Source: Paraspadella gotoi (Eukaryota > Animalia > Chaetognatha). Taken from it: a DNA stretch of 64,000 nucleotides. The notes below the pieces were generated by a model, which had not been told where the DNA came from, ran no database searches, and worked only from the letters and a program-made list of their open reading frames with translations. Below are positions 1 through 27,869 of the stretch, piece after piece; the first letter of the stretch is position 1; each line of letters starts with the position of its first letter. The translations under genes and the position numbers were made by a program. The DNA is taken from NCBI GenBank assembly GCA_051294375.1, contig CM119264.1, forward strand, positions 2,242,368 through 2,306,367, given 5' to 3'.

Positions 1-31
1 CATTTTTATTAAATACAACTTTGACCCTCAC

Positions 32-179
32 CATTGAAGTATCTCTTCCCGCCATAGAGGCGAAGGGCGCGAAGCCGTCTGTCTTCATCGTTGACTTGGT
101 CGGTCCGTCTATCGCTTCGTACGAACCAGGTCCGACCATCTCGGACGTACTGCCCACCGTCGGTCCGAACCGGCGGGGG
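32..179 (-). CDS. STPG2: Cleaner inverted copy of STPG2 exon 1, running into the N gap
   Basis: Reads without frameshift as PRRFGPTVGSTSEMVGPGSYEAIDGPTKSTMKTDGFAPFASMAGRDTSM, then a GTGAG donor. It is the reverse complement of ~1366-1524. Confidence 0.8.
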
Positions 180-549
180 NNNNNNNNNNNNNNNNNNNNN
201 NNNNNNNNNNNNNNNNNNNNNNNNNNNNNNNNNNNNNNNNNNNNNNNNNNNNNNNNNNNNNNNNNNNNNNNNNNNNNNNNNNNNNNNNNNNNNNNNNNNN
301 NNNNNNNNNNNNNNNNNNNNNNNNNNNNNNNNNAGAGAAATATATAAACGATAAAAGTAAGAATTCAATAAACGAAAAACAATTAAAATATTTTTTGAAT
401 ACTTATTAACTTAAGTAAGTATCACTTACGTTTTCTCAAAAAGCCGAAGAAAAATAATCTTAGAAATTGTTAATTATTGGGATTGCTTTTTGTTAATGTA
501 GCAAAAGTAAATTTGATGAGAAAAATCTAAGAGGAAAACGAAAGGTTTG

Positions 550-563
550 GTTTCCATGGAAGA
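550..563. promoter_or_regulatory. RFX X-box (palindromic); duplicate at 1010-1023
   Basis: GTTTCCATGGAAGA at 550-563 and CTTTCCATGGAAAC at 1010-1023 match the X-box consensus GTNRCC-AT-RGYAAC closely. A second X-box-like GTTGCTTAGCAAAC lies at 746-759 (copy at ~12348-12361). Both neighbouring genes are ciliary. Confidence 0.6.
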
Positions 564-794
564 AGCGAAGACTGAGGAAGCGAACCTTATCTTGGGATTG
601 GGTCAAGAAGAAAAGATCAGGTTTGCATGTTGAAGCTTAACCATAGCGAGGTAAGTACTGACGAGTAAAAGTAAAAATCTCTCTCTCTCTGTGTGTGTGG
701 TTTCTGTCGCCTCTTCTCCCTCGTTTCATTGCTTTAGTAGAGAACGTTGCTTAGCAAACAGTTGAAAGACGCGGGAGGACCCAAACTAGTATTC

Positions 795-854
<60 letters not shown>

Positions 855-1353
855 ATCTCTCTCTCTTCTCTCTTCTCTTCCGGTTTCCATTTTTTTACTT
901 TACTCGTCAGTTACTTACCTCGCTATGGTTTAAGCTTCAACATGCAAACCTGATCTTTTCTTCTTTGACCCAATCCAAGATCAAGGTTCGCTTCCTCAGC
1001 ATCTTCGCTCTTTCCATGGAAACCAAAACCTTTCGTTTTCCTCTTAGATTTTTTCTCATCAAATTTTACTTTTGCTACATTAACAAAAATGCAATTCCCA
1101 ATAATTAAACAATTTTCTAAGATTATTTTTTCTTCGGCTTTTTGAGAGAAAACGTAAAGTGATACTTACTTAAGTTAATAAGTATTTCAAAAAATATTTT
1201 AAATTGTTTTCGTTTATTGAATTCTTACTTTTATCGTTTATATATATTCTCTTCTCTCTCTCTCTCTCTCTCTCTCTATCTCCTCTCTCTCTCTCTCTCT
1301 CTCCACTCTCTCTCTCTCTCTCTCTCTCCTCTCTCTCTTCTCCTCTTACCAAG

Positions 1354-2801
1354 ATGTACGACCGCGCCCCCCGCCGTTCGGGACCGACGGTTGGGGCAGT
1401 ACGTTCCGAGAATGGCTCGGACCTGCGGATCGTAGAAGGATAGAACGGACCGACCAAGTTCAAGATGAAGGACAGACGGCTTCGGCGCCCTTGCCTCTAT
1501 GGCGCGGAAGAGATAACTTCAATGTGTGAGCGTCAAAAGTTTGTATTTAATAAAAAATGTATAGGCTAAATATTTTTAAATAATAAATATTATAGTAATT
1601 TGATATTAAATAAATAAAACCTTAGTTTGTACAACTAGTTTAAACATTCACCCATTTATTATTTATTTTCTTTTTATTTATATACCAATTTTTTTTAAAA
1701 AATCTTTATTAACTTTCAAGGTCACGACGCCCGCCCTGACGTTGCACCGGTCCCGAGGCGCCTACGACCACGGCCTCCCGTCCGCCCTTCCAAATTCAGC
1801 GCCCGCGTGGATTGCGCGCGCTCGCCAAACGAGCGCCGGCCGCTTTCGAAGACCGGACCCGCGCGGGATTTCCCCGGTCCCGGCGACCTACGAAGTGAAC
1901 AGCGCCACGAACGCCGTTCGCGTCGAAAACGCCGGGAGGAGGCGGCGCGCCGGGATCGCGCGTCGGCGCCTCGAGAAAAAGCCGGACAACGTGGTTTCGT
2001 CAACAACAGATTAATAAGTTTTTGAGAAAACGGAAGCACCTCGATTCCGCACACCGCGGACAGGCCTACGGGTGCGAGGGGATTTTGTGTGAAAAACGAT
2101 CGATCGATCGATTCAAATCCAATCAATCAATTCATAATCAATCAATCAATAATCAGTCAATATCATGAAGAAAGAGATCGAGATATCCGCTCAAGCTAAT
2201 GCAGCAATCTGATCAATCATTAAAATCAGCTTAGTATCCCCCCCCCGCTTCTAACCCATTAATCAATCAGTAATCAAATAAATTAATTAATCCAAATAAC
2301 CAAATCAATTAAATAAGCAAAGTAAGTAATCCATTTTAAAAAATAAATATTCGATTCAAGCGAATTTAGCAAAATTAATAATTAATTAATTAATTACATT
2401 AATTAATTTTTAAAAAATAAATAAATAATAAATATAATTTATAATTTAAAAATATAATCAATCAATCTTACCCAAAAAGCTACGAAGCAGAACGATGACG
2501 GCACGCTTCGTAAACAGAAGCCGCCGATCAAGACTCCCCCATCGGATCCGGCGTTCTTACGGCTCCTAGCCGGCGGCGCCGCTCGCGCCACGGCGCTCTA
2601 TCGCGGCGTCTTTTCGGCAACAAGATCGGCGAGACGCGGATTTTCGCTCCCGCGGCGGTCGGCAACAACGGCGGCGCTTGCTGCAGGCCCTTGGTCCGGG
2701 CGGATTACGATCTGACTCGGCGCATGCGACCTGGCGTCGGCTGCCAAGAACCGAGGATGCGCTGGAGGCGGTGACGCGGAGTGGTGAGTTATTTATTTAT
2801 T

Positions 2802-2832
<31 letters not shown>

Positions 2833-2946
2833 TTTCTATCATTTATTTATTTATTTATTTAACTTTATTTCACTCCGAGTTTGATTTCTGGCCATCTTTT
2901 CAAAATTCTTCTAAACTAATCGGGTCTTCTCTCTCTCTCTCCTTGC

Positions 2947-2981
<35 letters not shown>

Positions 2982-5900
2982 CTCCTCTCTCTTCTCTCTC
3001 TCTCTCTCCTCTTTCCTCCCCGTCCCAAAGGCGCCCAACAAAAGCCCGACGCCAAACTCGCGCTACCACGAGGATTCGTACCAACGAAGCGTCAAAACTG
3101 GGACGCCAGGACCCGGACGATTACGGGACTGTCTCGTCGCAATCTCGACCCGAAGGCCAAAAGTTGACGTTCGACGGTTACGAGCGTCGAAGCGTCCGCC
3201 GTTCGGGACGCAGGTGACGGAGAATTGGGGTGGGTTGGGGAAGGTGGGGGTGGCTTGGTTGTTGTTTGTTGTTGATGTTCGTGCTAGTGATAATTTAGAA
3301 AAAAGAAAACTTTTTGATCATATTGGATTAATGATTACGGGGATTTGGTCACTGGTCACTATTAGACGAGAAACCATAAAGTTTTTCTCTCTCTCTCTCT
3401 CTCTCTCGCTCTCTCTCTCCTCTCTTTCTCTCTCCTCGGTTCACTAAAGAAATCATTATTACAAAATTCTGGGTTCAATCGCCTTTTAACGGCCGTTCTG
3501 ACATCAAACCTCTTTGTACACAAGCGATGCCGTCGTCCCCCGATTCTCTTATTTTCTTTTTTTTCAATATGAAGATTCTACTTTTCGTTCCGCCCTTTTT
3601 TCGAGCCTTATCTTTCGTGATATCGCCCTAAATGAAACCCATGTCCCACACTGACTCTTTTAGGTAAACAAAATAAAGTAAATTCTCTGTCACAAATATC
3701 ACAGAATGAACACAATTTTTTCTTCAAAAAAAAAATAATCTTTCTTCTGTAATTGGAAATTTTGATGTAAAACGTTTTTATAAACAAAGTATGAACGAAT
3801 ATAACGAACATATATATCTAATTATATATTTAATTTGGAACAAAGAGGAGAAAATGGCTGCTTCCCTCCTCTTCCATCCAACTCCTTCTCCAAACTTTAG
3901 GTCGCAAGGATTGATAACGGCCACGCCCCACTCCGATCACCACAACCGCCCACAAGCCGGACATACGCTCACCCTTCCTCACCCCCCCCATATGCGGCGG
4001 CTCCCACTTCCCCACTTATTTCGCCGACCACGTCTGCCTTTCGTCTCTCAACCAATTACGGCGTCGATGGAGAGGACTCACCCGCCGACTGCTCGCCTTA
4101 TCAACGCGACGCCACTGAGAACGCCAGCCTTCCCGCCATGAGACCGCACCAACCAGCGCCGCCACGAGGTCCGCCCCTCCTCCGCCGACGAGCGATGCAG
4201 TTGAAAACCGACTGTCCGATGGCTTTTTCGAAAACGCAGTGCTTCTACGCGAGCGCAAAAATCAAGCTGCCGTCGCGTCTGGTGGCGGCGAGAGGCAAAG
4301 AGGAAAAAAAGCGGCTTGGCGGGGCGGGCGAAAGCGCGGCGACGAGCAAGGATCGATCGGCAGACGGGGCGATTGGTGGGGAGATCGAGACAACGAACGA
4401 CGACGATGAAGAAGGCGACTCCAGCGAAGACGACGTCAATGACGACACCGACTCTTGCTCCCGCTGCGCGCCGCACGCCGCCGCCGCCGCCGCCGCACGC
4501 CGCTTGCTTCCGCCAACCGATCTCGTGTAAGCGGCGACCGCCGAATCTCTTTCCAATGATGGCGCTCTCAAGCGAAAAAACAAACAACAACAACAACAAA
4601 CGACCACGAAATCCGCTTCCTTGCCGATTTCTTTTAGGAACGTGAATCTTCTTTGAATCTCGATTCCTCACCAAGAACATGAAATCTAAATTCCAGTTTC
4701 TACAGATAATACAATTCAGAAGGAAACAACGTAATCAAAATCATTAGAAATAGGAATCAAATGGATTTCAGATCAAAATCCATATTCATTTCCAAATCTA
4801 AATCCCAAATTCATTTTTCCAATTCTAAATTCAAATTCATTTCCAAATCTAAATTCCAAGTCATTTCCAAATTTAAATCCAAACTATCATTTATCCAAAT
4901 TCCTAATCCTAACTCATTCAAATTGATCCTAACCATCCAATCTAGATCTCCTAAGCTCATTTCAAATCTAGATCCTAAATCATTTCCAAATCTTAGATCC
5001 TAACTCATTTTCCAAATCTAATCCTTAACTCATTTCCAAATCTAGATCCTAAACTTCATTTCCAAATCTAGATCCTAACGCATTTTTCAATCTAAATCCA
5101 AACCTCATTTCAAAATCTAAATCCAAACTCATTTCAAAATCTAATCCAAACTCATTTCAAAATCTAAATCCAAACTTTCAAATTCCAACATTTCATAAAT
5201 CCAAACCTCATTTCCAATCTAAATTTAACTCATTTCCAAAATCCAACCCATCCAAATTAGAATCAAAACCCTTTTGCCAATCTAAATTGAAAACTCATTG
5301 CCAATCTAAATGAAAAAACTCATTGCCAAATCTAAATGAAAACTCGATTGCCAAATCTAAATGAAAAACTCATTCAATTCTAAAATCCAAACTTCATTGC
5401 AAAATCTAAATCCAAACTCATTCCAAATCTAAATACCAAACTGCGTCTCAAAATTCCTTAATCACAAACTCGTTCCAAATCTTAAATTCTAAACTCGTCT
5501 CAAAATCTTAAATCCAACACTCGTCTCAAAATCTAATCCAATCCCCAAATCTTAAATCCATCGTCTCAAAATCTAAACAAAACTCGTTCTCAAAATCTAA
5601 ATCAAAACTTCGTCTCAAATCTAAATCAACTATTAAAAAACTCATCTCAAAATCTTAAATCAAAACTTCGTCTCAAAATCTAAATCAAAACTCGGTCTCC
5701 AAAATCTTAATCCATATTTCGTTTCAAAAATCTAAATCCGCCTCAAATGTCAACCCCCTTCTCCAATTCTCTGTTCCTCAACTCCTCCTTTCAGTATCTC
5801 CCCGAGTCCCGAGGTCTCTCGTCGACGGAGACTTCGATCCTTCGACGCCCAACACGTCGTGGATGGCCGCTTCTGTCGACCTTACCAAGGATCCAGCTCC

Positions 5901-8900
5901 GCCTTCCGGAATTTACCGGAGCCGACATCACGAGGTGATCGAAACTCTCCGCATCTTTTACGGACTTCCGGAAGCGGAGGCGGCGAGCAGCCGAGGCTGG
6001 CGAAGTGGCCGTCGCTGTTCGAAAAGAAGCCGATACCTTCCGACGAAGTCCTTCGGTATCTGGAATCAAACGGACCCGGCGGTGAGCGTCGCGAGATTTC
6101 TACGAAGCTTTCCGGGCGACGAGAGTCTCGAGTCTAGATCGCCTTCAGATTCGTCGTTCGCCGGAATCCTGGACTCTTCGTCGACGGAGATCGAGGAATG
6201 TTCCAGGAGAATTTCTTGTACTGTCCCGTCTCCGGGGCCGCGTAAGGGCACCGCAGCAAGCAGTTCGATCGCTTCCAGCCGCCCGCAGCAGCAGAAAAAT
6301 TTCCGATTCAACTTTCGAACCACCGCTCGTGGTCCAGCGCTTCCTCCCGCACAGACCCCCCCTTCAATTTGCAAGTACATTCACCCGCGATGGGCAAGCA
6401 GTACCCCGCCATTTGTCAGGCATGCCCCCGTCCCCTACCATGTCATGCATGCTGACATTCCCCACCATGTCCGGTATGCTCCAATCCCACGCCATGTCAG
6501 GCCTGGTACAATCCAATAATTACAATGATTGACATACCTACGATAATTACAATTTTTCTATCATTGATATTAATTTGTAAAGCTTCCTCGGCTACACCAA
6601 TGTTTTATCAAATCGTTTTGTACCTTTGTTTTTGACTTTTCGGTGCATTTAAGGCACTTATTATTATGAAAAATATTTGTTTACACAAGCTTTTTAAAAA
6701 TCGATTTTCGTTGCTAGTATTTTTTCCACTATTTTCAGCTTTTGTTCTCCAGATTGTGGCCATTATGTTCTTCTTTTTTGAACATGTGTTTTTGTTAATA
6801 ATTATAATTGATATGTAATTAATTATACCTGACCAATTTAATTAAGCCTATATTAGTTATATTTTAAGCGATTTTTTAGGCAGATGGCAGTGGGAAGAAT
6901 GTTCGCGGAAAAGAAAAAGGACCATCGATTTAAACGATTTTTATAAACGATTAACTCTTGACAACATCAAAAGTTTCATCTTTTTAAAATTAAATCTTTT
7001 ATATTTACAAAGATGAGATAAAATGGCGTATAAAAATTAAAATAGATGAAATTTATTTAATTGAAATCATAAAGCGAGTGGAATCGAATGGGCTAATTGT
7101 ACATTGTGTACAAATGTACAGGTGGCATTTCATTTTATTTAAAAATAATTTTAAATAAGCTAAAGTTTTGGCGAGGCGGTGTTTGAAAAGGGAGTAAAAT
7201 AAGTTCTTAACCATCAATGTATTTCTGAAGGAATGGGTCTTTCTATACCAAAATAATTATCGGAATACTTCATCTTCATAACGGCCTACTCATTTTAACT
7301 GTTAAGAGAACGTTGTTGATTTGACTCTTCATCCATCATTAATTTAATTTCACAAATTAATTAAACAAAAAAAAAATATCCACACAGGAAAAGCGTTTCG
7401 GGAATCGCAACCGCGTCCGTCTTCGAGCCGGCGGCCTTCGCCGCGGCCACGCCCCCTGGTACCCGGCGGCCTATACGACCCGCGGACGGCGTTAGCGCGC
7501 GCCGAAGAAACTGTCTTCGCTGCTAAAAAGTGTCCGTTCACCAGACGGCGCGTTGCGTTCGACATCGGCGGTGGGGAATCGGCGCCACGCGGGACCCGGC
7601 CGGTACAATCTCATGGGGATGCGCGGCGGGAGAGCGTCAAGAAGGTGATTTGGATTTCTTATCGAAAGTTCGGAGGATTTGTCTTTGACTTTAATGTCAC
7701 TTTTTTTTATTGTATGTCCCGTCAATATTTAAGAACATTTTGACTTAAAAATTTTATTAGAGAAATTCGAATATGAAACATTTATTTGCTGTATTATGAG
7801 ACCACTGTAGACTCTTTTTGTTACAATGTTTTATTCATTTACTTATTTCATTTTCTATTGCAATTTATAAATATAAAATAAAGAAGTCGGCATACTAATC
7901 AATCAAACAGATAACATCAATCCAATCCAATCAAATCAACTATCAGGCCTACTTCGCGGCATCAAACCACGCGCGGACGCCTTTCGGTTCCACCAGAAGT
8001 CCGTAAGGACAACTTTTCTCCTGGCGCCAAAAAGGACGAGACGGCGCCGGTCCGCAAATTACGCCGGTCGGCGCCGTCGCCGCTCGATCGAAGAGTCGCC
8101 GCCTCCCAAACCGACGGCGCCCTTTCGCGTTCGAGCGACTAGAAGGGACAGAGCGCCGGTCGCCGGCCGGACGCGGCCGCCCCTGCCCGGCGTCGAAGAG
8201 AGCCGGCTCCGGGTGAGGTTGGGCAATGAGGATCGAGAGGCTCTCTCTCTTCTCTTCTCACAATACCTCTCTCTTCTCACCCAACCCTCTAGGCTCTTAC
8301 GACGTCGTCGAGGCCTTTCGAACGTCTGGCACAAAAAATCCTGGAGCCTCGAACGAGCGACGCGCGACGCCGTCAGGCGCGTTTCTCTCCCGCTACACGA
8401 TAATGGTTGCGGCCGGCAGGCCGGTCTCCGCAGAGGCCGTCCCCTGGTCCGGTCGCTTACGACGACGCCGGATTCCGACGCCGCCCCGCCAACGTCGGCG
8501 GGAAAGAATTCGTGTTCAAGGAACGACCGCTTCAAAGACTTTAGGAGGGAGGCGCAGGCCCGGTCCCGCGCATTATGAATTGTCGCCAGGTATATGTAAT
8601 TTGTAGAATATAATTCGATAATTGCCAACTTTTCAATTTTAGACTAAATTTATTTTAAAAAATTTAAAAATTGTGTTATGTTTACTGATTATTTAAGAGA
8701 TAGATTCTTAGAATATTTTACTAAATAAGAATGATTCATCAATCCACAGTTTGCATATACTAAGTAAATTGTTTTTTATGTTTTAAAAATTGGCGATATT
8801 TTTAGGTTTTACTTAGCTTTCTTATGATAATTGTGCAAAATTACTTGTTTCACTATTTTCTATTTTTATATTTTATGAGGATTTAATCTATATTATTTAA

Positions 8901-9290
8901 TTAAATATAATTGCTTTTCTTTCTTTTTACTTATCATTATATCTAATAACTTAATTTGGGAAGGGGAAGTAATTATTATCGCTTCAATTATTTGTAAGTT
9001 ATTGTGTAAGTAAAATCTAAGGATATTGGAAGTATTTTAGATAAAATTGGCGAAAATGAAGTTATTTAAAGCTATTTTTCTTCACCCTGCAGGTCAGGAC
9101 ACTCTTCTCAAGTCGACCTCAACGTGACCCTCTCCAATCCCATCGCCACAGAAACTCGAGGAGCGACAGCAGAGCCACGGGGGAGCTCGCCAGGGCCTGA
9201 TGGGGACGGGGTAGACCAGTGGCGTTCATTGGCGGTCCTGCTGTCATTGGTCGACCATGACGGTCCTGATTATGGAAAGAACCTGTTAAA
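1354..9290 (+). CDS. STPG2: Sperm-tail PG-rich repeat-containing protein 2 (SHIPPO/PGP-repeat axonemal protein), multi-exon, frameshifted by apparent sequencing errors
   Basis: Starts MYDRAPR..., matching the STPG2 N-terminus as I recall it. Approximate exons: 1354-~1524, 1721-~2071, ~2478-2783, ~3031-3213, 7388-7644, 7947-8212, 8293-8589, 9093-~9290. Allowing for indels they encode APSIP..QAYG|YEQNDDGTLRKQKPP, TPGPGxY repeats, DPRTALA..KK, PGPVAYD, PGPAHYELSP and the C-terminal DTLLKST(F)NVTLSNP. Most junctions are GT-AG. The 3' end is approximate. Confidence 0.85.
4770..5745. repeat. AT-rich ~24-bp minisatellite (TCTAAATCCAAACTCATTTCCAAA-like)
   Basis: Tandem degenerate units are visible throughout, with the unit drifting along the array. 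Confidence 0.85.
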
Positions 9291-9636
9291 GTATTCTTTA
9301 GGGGGTGTAGCTTTAAAGGGTCTAACGCTTTCAAAAATAACAAAAAAATGTTTTTCAAAGCAATCGTCCACAATTATGTAATGATACTTGTAGTAATGAT
9401 TTATTATTTTTCAATTTCTCTTTCAATTACAATTTCTGTGTATTCTATCGTAGATTTTTTTTTTTTTTTTTTGAGATCGCAAGGGAACCGAAAAAAATAT
9501 GATTTAAGAGTGATGTCGAGAGGCGAGTTGTTACATCGGTTAACCAGTAATCACTGTCACCACCATGTACAAGAACTCATCACAAATCACGCGGAGATTA
9601 TCGGTGAATCATACCCGTACCGTTATTGGGAGAGAG

Positions 9637-9732
<96 letters not shown>

Positions 9733-9949
9733 AATTATAGTTCTTTTCTAACATGAAAAAGGCGTCCACATGACCAAAGATCTCGAAATTGGCCCGCTTA
9801 ATCTTAACGAGAATTTCAAAGTTTCGTCGATTTGGAACATTTCGGATTTCATGTCCTCCCACTTTCGCGAAGACGACGACGACAAAGACGCCTAATTTTC
9901 GTTAGGATTTTATATTTTCCCTGCNNNNNNNNNNNNNNNNNNNNNNNNN

Positions 9950-11460
9950 GCCCCCCTGCCTGGAAACCAGGTGATAATGATGATGATTGTAATGAATGAA
10001 GAACATGAATAGTTGATCTGTCGCTTTTCTTTTTGCCCCCGCCTCCTCATCATCCGGCCCCCGCGCCTTGGAAAAGTGAATGATAAATGAATTGAAATGA
10101 ATGAATGAGATGACATGAATGAATAGGTTGATTCGTCGCTTTCTTTTTTGCCCCCCGCTCCTCATCATTCGCTCCCCCGGCCTGGAAAGGATTATATGAA
10201 GTGAATGAATCATGAATGAATGAATAGTTGATCCGTGCGCTTTCTTTTTGCCCCCGCCTCTCTCATTCATCCGGCCCCCCGGCCCTGGAGAAAAGTAATG
10301 AATATGGAATGAATGAAAATAAGAATGGAATGAATGATGAATAGTTGTCCGTCGCTTTTCTTTTTGCCCCCCGCCTCCTCATTTCATCCGGCCCCCCGGG
10401 CCTGGAAAAGGATTTAATGAATGAAATGAATGAATGAATAGATGAATGAATGAATAGAATGAAGATCTGTCGCTTTCTTTTTGCCCCCCGCTCCTCATCA
10501 TGGCCCCGGCCTGGAAAAGGGATTAATGAATGAATGAATGAATGAATGAATGAATAGTTGATCCGTCGCTTTCTTTTTGCCCCCCGCCTCCTCATCATCC
10601 GGCCCCCCGGCCTGGAAAGGAATTAATGAAGAATGAATTGAATGATATGAATGAAATGAACTGAATGAATGAATGATAGTGAATCCGTCGGCTTCTTTTT
10701 GCCCCCCGCCTCCTCATTCATCCGGCCCCCCGGCCTGAAAAGAGGATTAGATGAATGAATGAATGACATGGAATGAATGATATTGATCGCGCTTTTTGCC
10801 CCCTGCCCACCCGCTAAGGAATGACATGATAATGAAATGAATGAATGAATAGTATGATCTCGTCGCTTTCTTTTTGCCCCCCGCTCCTCACATCCGGCCC
10901 CCGCGGCACTGGCAAAAGGGATTAATGAATGAATGAATGAATGAGAGCATAATGAATTGGAATAAGATATTGATCCGTCCGCTTTCTTTTTGCCCCCCGC
11001 CTCCTCATTCATCCGGCCCCCCGGCCTGCGAAGCGGCATAAATTTGATGATGAAAAGGTGAATTGAATAATTAGTTACGTCGTTCTTTGCCCCCGCTCTC
11101 ATATCCCTGGCTGACGAATGATATGAATGAATGAATGAATGAATGAATGTAATTGAATGAATGAATGAATAGTTGATCCGTCGCTTCTTTTTGCCCCCCG
11201 CCTCCTCATCATCCGGCCCCCCGGGCCTGGGGAAATGAGAATATAATGATGACAGTGAGAATATGATCGCCTTTCCCGCCTAATGGCCCGGCCTGCGGAG
11301 ATGAATATGGAATGTGAATGAATGATGAAATGATGAATGAAATGACATGTAATCTTTTTGCCCGCCACTCATCCCCGCTGGAAAGGATAATGAATTTTGA
11401 ATAATGAATGAATGAAATATGAATGAATGAATGATGAATTGAATGAATGAATCCCACATG
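9950..11460 (-). repeat. Tandem array (~13-15 units, ~110-120 bp) of (TTCA)n + CFAP92 intron-1 acceptor + first ~55 nt of exon 2
   Basis: The unit reverse-complements to ...ttcattaatcccttttccag|gccggggggccggatgatgaggaggcggggggcaaaaagaaagcgacggatcaac, the sequence at 13375-13447 and 13490-13563. Confidence 0.85.
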
Positions 11461-12255
11461 TAAATTTTCTCATGTATATTGAATGTCACTGGAACTCACC
11501 CTCCAACATGTCTCAGTTCGGGCATCGGTACGGCAAATGGCAACGCGTGACGTGAAGGTCACGTGATGTCGCCCGTCGTCTTCCTCGGTGCCAAGCAGCA
11601 GCAGCAGCAGCGTCGTGTCTTCTCCAGCTGCGTCGACGATTTTCGTCGCCTCGGTTGCTGCAGAGCTTCATCATTTTTTTGCGAGCAGCCGCATCTCGAG
11701 AGGTCTCCGGTTTTGTTTCGTCGGACATTCCTCGCGTTTGTTTTTGTTTTTGTTTTTGTTTTTTTTGTTTTGTTTTTTAATCAACAAGAAACAAAAAAGG
11801 AATTTTCAGTTGAACTTCAATCCTTGATCTTATATCGTTGTTTTTTTTTTTTAATTATGTTCGTTTGTATTAGTTTTGTTTTCATTTCTGAAAGCGTGGA
11901 ATCGTTTGAAAAGTTTTTGATTGTTTTAATTTTTTGATTGTATATATTGTATAATGTATATGGTAAATAAGAATCTTTGAAAGTTGAGATTGCATTGTAA
12001 ATACGTTGACGTTGAAGTTATTGAATTTTTTTGCCGGTGGTCGAATTTAGCACAATTTAACAAGAACCTGAAAATTATAAAAGAAAATACTTTGTAATAA
12101 TATAATATTAGTCAATTAGGTATACATCAAAATTTTTATAATCTTTACCACTTCAACAGAAGTAAATTTTACTAATGATAATAACTGAACAAGAACCACG
12201 AAGATACTTTTTAAAAAGATTTCGAGCAGTTTATCCCCCCTCTCTCTCTCTCTTT

Positions 12256-12292
<37 letters not shown>

Positions 12293-12407
12293 GTGTGGTT
12301 TGCTGTCGCCTCTTCTCCCTCGTTTTCATTGCTCTTAGCTAGAGAACGTTGCTTAGCAAACAGTTGAAAGGACGCGGAGGACCCAAACTAGTATCTCTCT
12401 CTCCTTT

Positions 12408-12479
<72 letters not shown>

Positions 12480-12492
12480 TCCGGTTTCCATT
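9950..12492. repeat. Noisy inverted copy of the CFAP92 5' region (12493-13563) plus a direct copy of segment 682-892
   Basis: 11513-11728 (-) encodes a frameshifted MSDETKPET... copy of CFAP92 exon 1. 12283-12492 matches 682-892 in the same orientation. Confidence 0.85.
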
Positions 12493-12993
12493 GAGAGAGA
12501 GAGAGGGGGATAAACTGCTCGAATCTTTTTTAAAAGTATCTTCGTGGTTCTTGTTCAGTATTATCATTAGTAATATTTACTTCTGTTGAAGTGGTAAAAT
12601 TATAAAAATTGATGTATACCTAATTGACTAATATATTAATTACAAATATTTTCTTTTAATTTCAGGTTCTTGTTAAATTGTGCTAAATTTCGACCACCGC
12701 AAAAAAAATTCAATACTTCACGTCAACGTATTTACAATCAATCTCAACTTTCAAGATTCTTATTACATATACATTATACAATATATACAATCAAAAATTA
12801 AAACATCAAAAACTTTTCACGATTCACGCTTCAAATGAAAACAAAACTAAAATACAAAACGAAACATAATTAAAAAAAAAAACAACGATAAGATCAGGAT
12901 GAAAGTTCAACTGAAAATTCCTTTTTTGTTTCTTGTTGATTAAAAACAAAAACAAAAAAAAACAAAAACAAAAACAAAAAACAAAACCGAGGA

Positions 12994-27869
<14,876 letters not shown>

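Larger units (their letters stand above)
1..1558. repeat. Inverted duplication 1-678 vs 890-1558 (probable gap-fill artefact)
   Basis: The arms are near-identical reverse complements differing by scattered single-base indels. The 890-1558 arm breaks the STPG2 reading frame. Confidence 0.85.

Noticed and set aside
1354-9290. STPG2 as a pseudogene
   Set aside because: The clean exon-1 duplicate is in frame, and indels affect coding and non-coding sequence alike, pointing to sequencing error.
9950-11460. Repeat-spacer appearance resembling a CRISPR array
   Set aside because: The 'spacers' are (ATGA)n microsatellite, the unit is a CFAP92 intron-exon junction, the context is eukaryotic and there are no cas genes.
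11470-11730. Apparent CFAP92 paralogue or pseudogene on the minus strand
   Set aside because: It differs from 12994-13260 mainly by scattered indels next to an N gap, which fits an unpolished long read.
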